64,000 bases of DNA from a virus, in the IMG/VR virus record IMGVR_UViG_3300026488_000021, positions 1-64,000 of that record; one strand, written 5' to 3'. Shown one piece after another: positions 26,173 through 37,347 of the stretch. The translations under genes were made by a program, and so were the position numbers. Position 1 is the stretch's first letter, and the number at the start of each line of letters is the position of its first letter. The notes under the pieces were generated by a model. The model was not told the DNA's origin, ran no database searches, and saw only the letters and a list, made by a program, of their open reading frames with translations.

Positions 26173-27077
26173 TGTATGGTAGATTAAAAGCACAAAACTT
26201 CTACAAAACTACATTAGCTTCACAAATACCTGCCTGAGATCCTTCTGATACAACAGAGAAATCTTTCCAAGTATCAGAAGCTCCTGTTGGTAAAATGTGA
26301 TGGTTAATTGTAGATTTTGTAAATAATAAAAGAGAAATCATCTTTTATCATAATGTAAATTGAAATACAGTTTATTATTATGATTATAATAGACAATATC
26401 CGTCTTATACTCACGAGATTGGTAGTATAATACAAATGAATGATGTGGCTGAAATTATAAATCGGTTAAGTAATAATATAGATGATTTGTGATATATACA
26501 AAAGAAAACTTGATTAAACATACTGGTAAGATGAGGTATTGTATTCTGAAAGAATTGACCAATTGAAATATGAGATACAGAAATTATATTAGATGATAAT
26601 TCTACAAGTTATATTGTTGTTGATTTTAATGACAATTTAATTAAAAAAGTAGATAGTATAGAGGTTAATCATATACCATTAGCAAGAGTTGTGACAGCTT
26701 GATGAAATATTATAACAATTAATAATATTAAGTCTACTGTAAGATGATATATAACCTGGGATATGATAGATAAAAGCTGAAGTAAATTAAATGATATAGA
26801 AGATGTTGATGTTGATAGCGTCTCGGATTGAAAGGTGTTGATATATAATTGAGTATGAAATAAATGGCAAGCTGGCTGAAATGTTACATCTGAACATTTC
26901 ACTGATTTAATTGATACGCCAGGTGGGTATTCCGGTGAATGATGAAAGATGTTATATGTAATGCCTGATGAAAGTTGAATATGATTCACTAAGGATGTTA
27001 TTTTACAATGAGATGATTGAAATATTTATCAATTAAAAGTTAATTCTGACTGATTATTAGAATTACATTCTTTATAA
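26172..27077 (+). CDS. Tail/fibre structural protein
   Basis: N-terminal QNFYKTTL...REIIFY...THEIG..I pattern; SKLNDIEDV and FTDLIDTP repeat modules. Confidence 0.65.
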
Positions 27078-27090
27078 TTAAACAATTAAG

Positions 27091-28134
27091 ATGACTTTAA
27101 AAGGTATAAATGCTAGTGAATATAAAAGAAATTGAGTCGCTGAAATGCAACCTAATTGACTTATGGTGCTTAATAGTAATTGAGATGTAGAAGCACCTAG
27201 TGGTAAGAAGTTTGTTTGAGATGGGAGTGGATTAAGTAATATTCAAGCACAGACTTTTGTTTTTGGCGATTGAAGTGATTGAGATTTAATAATAACATCT
27301 TGAACTACTAATCTGAACTTAAATCAAGCTTATCAATTTTCTAGCATAAATATTGCTAGTGGTGCTACATTGTCGACAACAGATACAAACTGAAATATGC
27401 TAATTAAATGTAATTGAGATGTTCAAATCGATTGAGATATAGATTTAAATGGTAAGTCGTATTTAGACTTTAAGTCTCTATTTTGAATAGAAATTAGTTG
27501 ATGAATATGATGAACTGCTTGAAGATGATGATATTGATGAACTGTTGATGGTGGTGATGGAACTGGTGAATGATGACACTCATATATGGTATATACGAAT
27601 TACTACAGCAAAGATTGAGGTCAATGAAGTTGATGAGGTTGATGAGGGGCAGTAGACGAGGATGAACATTCAAATTGAGGAATCGGTACACTGACTACTG
27701 GTGGTAATTGATGAAGTGTTAGTGATGCAACTTGATGAAAGGGAGGTGACCCAGGTGAAAGATGATTAGCTTGATGAGGACTTGTACTTAATTGTAAGAA
27801 TATAGAATTGAATGGTAATATATATCTGAATTGAGAAGACTGATGAAATTGAGAAAATGGTACAAATTGAACTAGAAGTAGTACATACGAGACTAATGCT
27901 GGTGGTTGATGAGGTGGTTGAGGTAGTGGTTGATGAGGTGGTTGATTTTTTATACTTTTTACACCCAAAGATATTACATTAAGTAATATTTATGTTAATT
28001 GAGGTAATTGATGAATAGGTGGTCTATGATGACAATGAACTGCTGGAAGTGATTCTAACTGAGATAATTGATGAGATTGACAAGCTGGTGCTAATGGGAA
28101 TATTAAATTTATAAATGTAAATAAATTATTCTAA
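27091..28134 (+). CDS. Glycine-rich fibre/receptor-binding protein
   Basis: FGDGSDGDL, then long Gly-rich tracts mostly encoded by TGA; 347 aa. Confidence 0.75.
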
Positions 28135-28404
28135 ATGCATATAGAACTATTATTTAATAACGAGTTCATAGTCTGACTTAGAACTAATTGGCATAATCCT
28201 AAAAATCCCCCCAAACCAGAGAATGTCTATAATCTACCTGCTAGTGAGGTTAAAAGACTTATAGAATTTTTAGCAGGTAGACCTGTTGTAAAATGTTTGG
28301 ATAATGAAAAACCAGACTTTGAATATCATAATCTAAAATTAAGAGCACTTGATTTAGGTAATGTAAAAGCTTTAAAATCGGTTAAAAGATATTTAGATAA
28401 ATAA
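28135..28404 (+). CDS. Hypothetical protein
   Basis: 89-aa open frame. Confidence 0.5.
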
Positions 28405-28415
28405 TTTTTCAAAAA

Positions 28416-28892
28416 ATGTTCTACTGAATTAAAAATTGAAAAGTGTTTATTATAAGTGAAGAGAAAACAAAAGTAAAAGTAGATAAATGGGTAGAAAGTG
28501 ATGTAGTCAATTGAGTTTATGAAGATTGAAAAATTGTACCAAAAGAAGAAAGTGAAGAATACAAAAAACAAATGGAAGAATATAAACAAAAAATGTTAGA
28601 AGAAGAAATACAAAAAATAAATAAATGTTTTGACAAAACAATTAAAGATTATATTAAGGCCTACCCAGAAATGGAAGTAGAAACCTGGGAGACAAAGAGA
28701 GTAGAAGCTGAAAAAGTACTAGCTTGACAAGAAAGTGAATATCTAAACAAGCTAGCAGAAGCAAAAGGTGTAGATGTTAAAGAACTAGCCAAAAAAATAA
28801 AAGAGAAAGCAGATGCTTATGCTGATATGTATACTAAACTAGAAGCTGAAAAAGATAAAAAAATAGAAGAGTTAAAACAAAAACTTAAATAG
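28416..28892 (+). CDS. Tail-fibre assembly/chaperone-like protein
   Basis: YP..E.ETW..K..EA......L..LAEAKG.....LA.KI..KA..Y pattern, seen in fibre-adjacent phage proteins. Confidence 0.6.
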
Positions 28893-28913
28893 GGCAACCG
28901 CCCTATGATTAAA

Positions 28914-28941
28914 TTGAAAAATAAAGACAAATGACTATACT
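28914..28941 (+). promoter_or_regulatory. sigma70-like promoter TTGAAA-16-TATACT
   Basis: Near-consensus hexamers upstream of ATG 28983, after hairpin 28889-28906. Confidence 0.55.
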
Positions 28942-28982
28942 ACCACATATAGTGGTAGTTTATTTTTTTATATACATACATA

Positions 28983-30449
28983 ATGAAACACGATAGAGAA
29001 GTCTTATTGCGCGTAAAAGAGTTAAACGAACAAGGATACAAATCTAAAGAAATTAAAAAAATAATTGAAGAAGAATTATGAATTGTTGTTAGTGATAGAA
29101 CAGTGAGATGGTGGTTAAAAAATAAAATTGATGAACTTGAAAACGATTTAAAAAAGTTAAATGATGAAATAGAAAGCAGACAGACATTTGAGATTATAGA
29201 GAATGAAGATTGAAGTGTAGACATTGTAATGTATAGGAAAGTATGAGAAGAAAAACATAGGTATGTGTTTCCGTTAGAATTAATAGTTAATATATTTAAG
29301 GATTATTCTAGATATGGATGAAATCTATCTTGATTACAAGTTCAAAGGAAATACAACTTAAAACCTGAAGCTTGGCAATTACTTAAGAATAGATTAAACT
29401 TGTACAAAGATAGTGATGTAATTCCTGATTGGGCGTTGGAATATGTAGAATGAAAATGGTGAGAGGATAAGGTTGAAGAAGTGATTAGAGATGTAACATA
29501 TGAAGCTGTACAGAATAAATACAAGAATAAATTAGTAAAACAATATGAAAGACAAAAAGATAGAGAATACGAGAAAGCTATCAAAAAACTATATGACTTA
29601 GAGGAGTTTTTATGAATGTTAAAAGAATACCTGGAATCTTATAACCCTGAGAAAATTATTACAGCTGAAGATTTAAACAAACTACACAGACAAAACTTAG
29701 ATAAACATAATAACGATACATTATATACTGCAATAACTGATATACATATCGGTAAAGAAGATACAGATAAAATTATAGAAAGAATAAAACAGGTTACCGA
29801 ATATGTTTGTAATAGACCAGAAAGAAATGTTAAGTTGTTTATATTATGAGACATACTTGAAACTATTGTAAGATGATGAATGCATGTATGACAGACAGAT
29901 GATATGGATTGACCATATGGATTTGATTTGATAATGAAAACTGTTGAAGTATTTGAAGAGATGTTTGTTAGAATATATAGCAGTTGAAAGAAACTAGATG
30001 TATATGGTATAACTTGAAATCACGATCGTATTGGTCAAAAAGATAGCTTTGAATATACAGGGTGACTTATTATTTATGAAATGATAAGAAGATGACTGCA
30101 ACAACTAGAAATAGAAATTAACTATCTAAGAGAAGTTTGGAATACAGTAGAGACAGATGATTTTACCTTTATACTTCAACATTGACATATTTGATGAACT
30201 AAGAGAAGATTGTCTGATATACTATGGGAATATGGGAACTCACAGAAATATAATATCTTACTTCAAGGTCATATACATTCTTGAGTACTTGAAGAATGAA
30301 ATAGAAAATGAATGAGGATTATTGTGCCATCGCTAGCTGGTGATTGAATGTACAATAAAGCCTTATGAATCAGTAGTAGCACCTGATTTGTAGTAATTAA
30401 AAAATGAATTAAAGATAAGCCCGAGGTGAGTTTTATTTATTTAGATTAA
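28983..30449 (+). CDS. Calcineurin-like metallophosphoesterase with N-terminal HTH
   Basis: TDIHIG, LGD, GNHDR, HGH and GHIH motifs; 488 aa. Confidence 0.85.
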
Positions 30450-30452
30450 TAG

Positions 30453-30704
30453 ATGAAAACAATAAAAATAAGAGATTATGTAAACTGAGCAAAGGTAGTG
30501 TGAAGTTGGGAAACTTGAAAAAAGATTAGAGAAGACATTGACAAATACGACAAGGCCATACTTGATTTCGAGTGAATAGAAACTACATGTACTGCTGTAT
30601 TTAATAATATGTTATACGACTTTGATAAAATAAAAGATAAAGTTAAATTTAAAAACTGTAATGATTATATTAAAAAAATTATAATAGAAGTAATTAATTT
30701 ATAA
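30453..30704 (+). CDS. STAS-like (DUF4325-type) protein
   Basis: GS.ETGKKIREDI......LDFEGIE....F.N.... Confidence 0.6.
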
Positions 30705-30721
30705 CTTTAAATAATTATAAA

Positions 30722-31099
30722 ATGGAGTTAAATCTAAACCTATCTTCCTGAAGATTAATAGAATACAACTCAGATAAGGAACAACTAAGTTTGTTGGAGA
30801 TAGATAAAAACGAAGATTGAAATGAAGAATTAAATGTGTCGACATATAATACTGATGATGTGTCAGATCTAACTGACTTGATATATGATTTAACATATGA
30901 GATGTATGATAAGTATTGAGAAAATTATTATGTTATAAAGTGATGCTGACATAAGTTAGAATGTGAATGATACTGAGACAAGAAAAATAAAAGGTGAGTA
31001 TTATTAAATATCTGAAGGTTGTTATATGAATATTGGAATTGAGAATATGATGAAAACGAGACTATAAGTTATATAAAAAAAGAATTAAGCTCTGACTAG
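30722..31099 (+). CDS. Hypothetical acidic protein
   Basis: 125-aa open frame ending at the terminator. Confidence 0.5.
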
Positions 31100-31114
31100 A
31101 CGTCAGAGTTTTTT
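31090..31114 (+). terminator. Intrinsic terminator ending the + strand arm
   Basis: CTCTGAC-TAGAC-GTCAGAG followed by T6. Confidence 0.75.
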
Positions 31115-31122
31115 ATTTAAAT

Positions 31123-31149
31123 AAAAAAACCTTGCCGCGATGGCAAGGT
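31123..31149 (-). terminator. Intrinsic terminator ending the - strand arm
   Basis: Minus strand ACCTTGCC-ATCGC-GGCAAGGT followed by a T run. Confidence 0.75.
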
Positions 31150-31316
31150 ATCGCCTGGACTCATACTGAGCACACAGGACTTTTGCATAGATTGCTGGGG
31201 CCTCACGCCAGCGTAGTGTAGCAGAGCCTGTTACTTTATTGCCTTGGCTAGTAGGCGAACAGGATACTACACTTTCGGGGAGACCTCCTCGCTAGCCACA
31301 GCTCCCCAAGACCTGT
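31128..31316 (-). ncRNA. Putative structured ncRNA (~190 nt, multiway junction with 7-bp kissing loops)
   Basis: GC-rich intergenic island; four stems and complementary loops UGGCUAG/CUAGCCA; a G-U pair fits the minus strand only. Confidence 0.65.
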
Positions 31317-31326
31317 ATTTATATAA

Positions 31327-31578
31327 TTATTCTTTTTTCTTTTTCAAGTCTTTTTGTTTTTTCTCGTATTCCCTTTTTATTTTTTCCTCCAATTCCATTG
31401 TAAGCGATTCCTCTAATTCCGCTACAAATTGTCAGTACGATTTAGCTTCTTGAATCAATGAAGATACAACGTTGTATGCATCCAAACCATAACCTTTTAA
31501 AGCCATGTTCATAAGTTCTTGGATCAATCTAAATCCTTGTTCGTTTACAATGATGATTGGTTGTTCTTGTGTATTCAT
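31327..31578 (-). CDS. Hypothetical protein
   Basis: 83 aa, MNTQEQPIIIVNEQG... Confidence 0.55.
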
Positions 31579-31752
31579 GTTATATTATTAATTTATAAAA
31601 GCAATATAATAACCAGCTATAAGCTGGCGAAAAGAGATTAGAAGAAGAGAATGTGATTGTTGACACAGGTTTACTTTTGTATTCTTTCTTTAAATAGAAG
31701 GGTTCCTTGGATTAGCTAGTTAGATTAGAATGATAGAAACTTGATAGAAATA

Positions 31753-31826
31753 CGGAGCTGACGGGATTCGAACCCGCGACCTCCTGCGTGACAGGCAGGC
31801 GTTCTAGCCAGCTGAACTACAGCTCC
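31753..31826 (-). tRNA. tRNA-Asp (GUC), CCA not encoded
   Basis: GGAGCTG acceptor, D-arm, CCTGC-CTGTCAC-GCAGG anticodon arm, GGTTCGAATCC T-loop, discriminator G. Confidence 0.95.
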
Positions 31827-31856
31827 ATAATGTAGGGATATACCCTACAAAATAAT

Positions 31857-32111
31857 TTACCTAATCATTTTATTAAAGAATCAAATCAAATCATCAAATG
31901 AATTTATCTCAATAACTTCAACATCTGGATTAGGTTTATCTTCACCATCTGTGTACGGATCTTCTTTATTAGTACAGTGTTCAATTAACTTACTTCTTAA
32001 CTCCCTAAAGAACATATCCCAGAATGTATTCCCGTCTTTGAATTTATCATGGTATACTTTAGACCAGATTCTCATTTCTTTAATTACTTGATTGATTTGT
32101 TTGTTTGTCAT
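31857..32111 (-). CDS. Hypothetical protein
   Basis: Track ORF extended through TGA to TAA. Confidence 0.55.
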
Positions 32112-32544
32112 TATTATTATTTAACGAATAAAATAATAAGTATTGCCTATCTTTATAACTTCACTATCCTCAGTTCAGTATCAATAATTAAGTGGTCAAG
32201 TAAATTGTCAAGTATTTGATTTAATTCAATTAAAATATAAATATTCTCAAGATTCTCATAGATTGTCAATATAGAAAGTAGATCATTCTTGAACATCTTG
32301 TAATTTTCTAATACTATTAATTCATATACTACAATATATTTCAACAGAAGTATTATTAATTAAATAAGTATAATCATCTTTTAGAATTAATGTTTTAGCT
32401 ATAACTTCATGTATATTCAACTCATATCTTATTATTATATCTATTAACTTCATTTTATATACTTTATTATCTACTTTACATATATATAAATTATCTAGTC
32501 ATTTATATATACCTTTATATTTTTCATAAGCTTCTATAAGTTCT

Positions 32545-32979
32545 TTATAATCCATTGTTGTTTTTAGGATATAAATATTCATTCTCTATTCAGTTTATTT
32601 TTTTTATTCAAAGCTTTTTAAACTCCTCTCTATATTTATCAGAGTTAAACAAAGCATCTAACGAAATTAAATCTCAGTTATCTAGTTCAACAAAGAATGA
32701 AGCTCTATCTTCATCATATATAACTGTTCAATAATATGTACCATGTTTTCAATCTAGTAATTCTACTCAGAATGCTATTATATCTCATTCATATATATCC
32801 TTATTATTTTTATCTTGAAATCAAGTAAACAATAATATTTCATAGTCTTGTCTTAATTCATTATCTTTATTAGATACTATTATTGACCATAGCAATCAAG
32901 GATTTACATTCACAAGATCTTTTCACTTGTATACTTTTTTTGTAGCTTTCTCAAATAGAGCTAGTTTAAAGTTTTCCAT
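32545..32979 (-). CDS. YopX-family protein
   Basis: FTGFQDKNNKDIYEGDII motif. Confidence 0.75.
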
Positions 32980-33625
32980 TTATTTGTTATTTATCTTATA
33001 AATTTCGTATATTAAATTATACAATCCTTCTACATCGTTTTCGTTATTACATACAAATTGTCAACCTGTATCTAAATTTTTTCACATAATATTATATTTA
33101 TATATATGTCATCATAACATATTTTCTCATTCATTTATTACATATATATCCATATTGTATCAGTTATCACATTTCAATGACAACATTTCTTTTGTCTTAA
33201 TTATTCCTTTTAGTTGATTTTTAAATGATTCTTTATTTAGCATTTTATATTATACATAATTAAATAGTTAAGTAACTATTATTTAAGTTTAGGTAAGTTA
33301 AAGAGGCATTCTAATACTACATATATCTCTCAGGCAGATAAAAATATGAGACTTACTACTTCAAATATTCGTTGGAATCAGTATATAATTATCATAAATG
33401 GTGTTATAAATACATGAATAATTATTCATATTATGCTTAGTATTGTATATCTAATTAGTAACCATATATATTGTAGATATCTATTTTTTCAAGATAAATA
33501 CATTGTATATGAATAACTCCCCCAAGACCACTCACTTGGTTTTAAGAAATCAGTCAATCAATATACAGTCCATCAATAATATGTAATTTTACACGATCTT
33601 TTAGACATTTTAATTTATTTATTTT

Positions 33626-34189
33626 CTAAAATCAAATTCATCTCCAACTTCTCTTCCACATATCTATGAAATAAATAGCCTGTTGTAATCTATCTGCAAT
33701 ACTTCAATGTAAAGTCCTGATTGTTAGTTTATTGTTTTGAGAATAAGCGTTATGTAACTCTTCTAAAACCCTCTTGTTTACTCCTCTCCTAAGTTCTTCG
33801 TTTGTATGTCTTACTCAATCATTTTCTATCTCAAACTCAATTGGTAGATAGAAAATAATGTCATATAAATATGGTGAATATTTTCTAACTATCTTTTTAA
33901 TATTCTCATCATCACAATATGCTGGTATAAGATTAATTGGAGTATCTGTTATTAAGTCGTCATACTTTCACGCAACGGCTAATGTTGTATGGACTAACCA
34001 TCTTTGATAATCTAGTTTTTGTTCTTCTGTATGTTTATTGAAATCAAATGACAGAAGTTCTGCTAATTCTCTTTCAGTGTTGATATCTAAGTGTATTTTA
34101 TCTCAGTATACTCTTTCATATTTTTCTTTAAGTTGATAAGCTAACGTAGTCTTTCAAGTTGAGAAAGCTCAAACAATTCCTATCTTCAT
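33626..34189 (-). CDS. P-loop kinase/ATPase (AAA_28/NadR-like)
   Basis: MKIGIVGAFSTGKTTLA...YDIIFYLPIEFEIENDGVR. Confidence 0.8.
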
Positions 34190-34194
34190 TTGTC

Positions 34195-34638
34195 TTAGTT
34201 AGAATTTAAATATCAACCAGTTGAACCAAACCCTCATTGTCTTTCCGTTACATTTTCTTTTTCCCAATTATCATACAAATTCTTATCAACTAATTTAATT
34301 AGTTCACAATCATCTCATATAACTTCCATCTGTGCAATCCTTTCTCATCTCTTAATTTCCACTGGGGTATCTGTAAAGTTATATAACATAGCCTTAGCTT
34401 CGTTTCTATAATCTGCATCTATAATACCAACACTATTTGCAAGCATCAATCCTTTCTTTAAAGGTAGACTACTTCTGACATACAGTTTCCAAGCGAAATC
34501 TGTTTTAATACCAAGTCATACCAATTTAACTTCACCTGGATTAATTACTACGTTCTCAGCAGATTTTAAATCTAAACATAAACTATTAGATGTTCCTTTC
34601 ATAGGTAATAAGTTTTCATCATAACTAATTACTTTCAT
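34195..34638 (-). CDS. dut: Trimeric dUTPase
   Basis: LDL, RSSL, NSVGIIDADYR, GERIAQ and ERQGGFGSTG motifs. Confidence 0.92.
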
Positions 34639-35805
34639 AATCTTTTCTTTTAAAAACTAAATCTTCCCGAATAGGGGAAACAAACTTAACCTCAACAGCG
34701 GACGGTAGATAATTCCACCAATTCTTTGGTTTTTTTCAAAATGTATCAGTAAATTTAGTATATCATGGCATTTTTAAGATAATGTTCCCGTTTCCGTCAT
34801 ACACATATCAAGTATACATATATCTATCTCAATGAGTTCATTTTCATCTTTGTGCTAATTCTTGTATTAGTTTTTTTGTAATTTTGAGTTCCTTTACTCA
34901 TTTTTTCCTCATTAACATACATACATAAGAAGCTAGTCATCACCTTGTTAAATTAGTACCAGCTACCAATTCATTTATTGTTTTGTCTCATATTATATAT
35001 CTATTCCCTGTTGGTCATTTAACCATCTTAATTGTTTTTCATACATTTTGTGCTAATATATCAATTGCTCTTACAAACATTGCTCTGGGTTTAATTTAAA
35101 TATGTAAATACTTTATCAATATTTGGTTCTCTATTATTCGCTTTTGCTGACAATATTTCCAAGAATGCTAATCTCAACAAATCTTCTGGAAGCATTGTCA
35201 TACCTAATATTCCTTTCATAACTCACAATATTTTATCTTTATCTTGATTTCAAAAGTACATATATCAAATAGTAGCTATCATATATTCTATTATTCATTC
35301 TAACACTTTTCCAATATCTTTATTATACCAGCATTGTATAATCATATTTCTATATTTATCCATATCTTGTTCATATTTTTTTAACAATTGTTTTGTATTT
35401 CAATCTTTATTTTTTTCTAAAAACTCAGTTGTTTTATCAAGTAAATCATCCCAATACAAAGTATCAATCACTTCTTTCTTTTTATCAGCATAAATATTAC
35501 CCAATGCTTTTTCTAATTCTTTATTCATTATTTATTTTTAAGGTATAAATATATTTGTCTCTTTGCAAAATAAGTCATCAATAATTTTAATTCATCTAGT
35601 TTTTTAATTTTACGTTTTCAGATTTTACTATACTCCTCATCTAAATTAGTTACTGCTCTATTATATTCTTTTTCAGAATACTTTCTTAATCTTTTTTCTA
35701 AATCCCAAAAAATATCACAATATTTTTTAATAGCTTTACCAAGTAAATGATTAGATATATTTACATTATCTTTAAGAAATCTTTTAAAAGCATTTGCATC
35801 TGCTA

Positions 35806-36492
35806 CTAACATAATCAATTATCTTTAAATCGTAAAGATGTTTCTTTTACATCCGTTCATAAGTATATAGAAACAAAATGGAATGGATTTCAATGCGCCC
35901 TTCATTTAGAAGAAAAGTCAGTAACTATATTTTGCGTAGTATTAGCTCTCCATCAGTCTGTCCATCTTCAATGCTCATATAAGGCATAAGTATCATATCA
36001 AACCTTTTTATATTCTATTCACAATTTATCTAATACAGATAAGATTGGTATTCTTTTTAAATCTTCAATATCAGGTAAATCTATTTTTTCTCACTTAATA
36101 ATCACTGGTTTATATTCTTTTTTTCTAGGGAAGCATTCCTCATAAATATCAGATAACTCAACATAAGGTTCAATCCTTTCAAAATCTACTACATATTTAG
36201 ATGTATTTGCTATAAATAATATGTTTTCTACTTCTTGTAAATCAAGATTATGTTTTTTTCTTATATTCTGTATATTTTCTTCTATCCACTTTTTGATTTC
36301 TTCAACTATTTCTTCCTGTGTTTTTTCTATTAACAAACAGGATAATCAATCTTGTTCGTATATTATATAATCTATTTGCTGTCATCGGTTAGATATTTTG
36401 TCATTATGTCTCTCTACTATTCTTTGTAATACCTTCTTAGGTGCTCTTATTAATTTATATTTCACACAATCTGGTAGCTCTGAAAAATACAT
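35806..36492 (-). CDS. Hypothetical replication protein with primase N-terminal-like C-terminal domain
   Basis: IPILSVLDKLG...TDFSSKGRAHGNPFHFV..YLG.....SL(CGA)FK resembles the DnaG N-terminal helical pattern, without the Cys ligands. Confidence 0.5.
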
Positions 36493-36508
36493 TGCTCTAT
36501 ATTAGTAT

Positions 36509-36958
36509 TTAAAATTCAACCTCTTCAAGTTCTATATCTTCATCTTGGATTTCATCTTTATAAGAGAATTTAAATTTGAAATATATTTCATCATTTTTAT
36601 TTCTCTTTTTCTCAATATTACACCAATATTCATCATTATATTTAAAAGCACAAGACACACCATCTTCCCTAATAAATTTCCAAATTACATATTCTTGTCA
36701 TCATACTTTTATTTTTCATAAAGCTTTTTTATTCTCTTGAAATATCAACTCAGCATCTTTATGTCAGTCTGGTGTAGCCAATTTAAATTTATAAATAATC
36801 TCTTCTCAATAATCTCATTTTCTTCTATCAGTTAGATCATCTTTATCTACTGTGGTAATCTTTACTACTTTTTTATAACCATCTAATGGTTGTCAGTTAA
36901 AATCTTTATCAAATTCTTTTTCCCAAATTTTGTTAAATGTTGTTTTAGTTTCTGTCAT
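36509..36958 (-). CDS. Putative ssDNA-binding protein
   Basis: 149 aa, beta-rich, acidic tail DEIQDEDIELEEVEF; lies in the replication cluster. Confidence 0.4.
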
Positions 36959-37347
36959 AATATTGTTTTATTAAATAAAATATAAATCATTTTATAAATT
37001 TTGTAGCTCTATAATCAACCCATCATCTTGTACTTACAACATCCTCTAATTTTATATGCATATCATCCTTCTTAACTTTATTTTTAAGGTAGTTCCCAAA
37101 TTTAACAAGATTAGTATCTGTAAAATATGGATTCGGAATATATCTATTAGTAAGATGTCTTTTATGTATCTTAATATATAGTTTTCAATTTTCTTTATAA
37201 AATCTAACAGCCAATCAAATTTCTTCGCTTTTTTTTTGAAGCCACTTATTTCTATATTGCAAAGATTTTCAGGTAAGGTTTCCTAATGATTTTATAAACT
37301 CTTTTGGCTCTAATGTAATTAACTCTCTTAAATTCATCTTGTATTAA

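Noticed and set aside
27621-27968. Minus-strand PPHQ-rich ORF from the track
   Set aside because: Antisense shadow of the Gly-rich fibre gene. The same applies to most track ORFs opposite the real genes (e.g. 5361-5684, 7271-7477, 22051-22431, 59098-59349).
9346-28134. Diversity-generating retroelement acting on the fibre genes
   Set aside because: No reverse transcriptase was recognised and no ~100-nt TR/VR pair with adenine-specific mismatches was seen; the shared tracts are short.
31600-31752. Theta/HDV-like ribozyme 3' of the tRNA
   Set aside because: The trailer is AT-rich with no nested double-pseudoknot pairing.
31753-31826. tRNA as suppressor/recoding tRNA or as an att site
   Set aside because: Ordinary Asp(GUC) anticodon; no duplicate of its 3' end was seen in the window.
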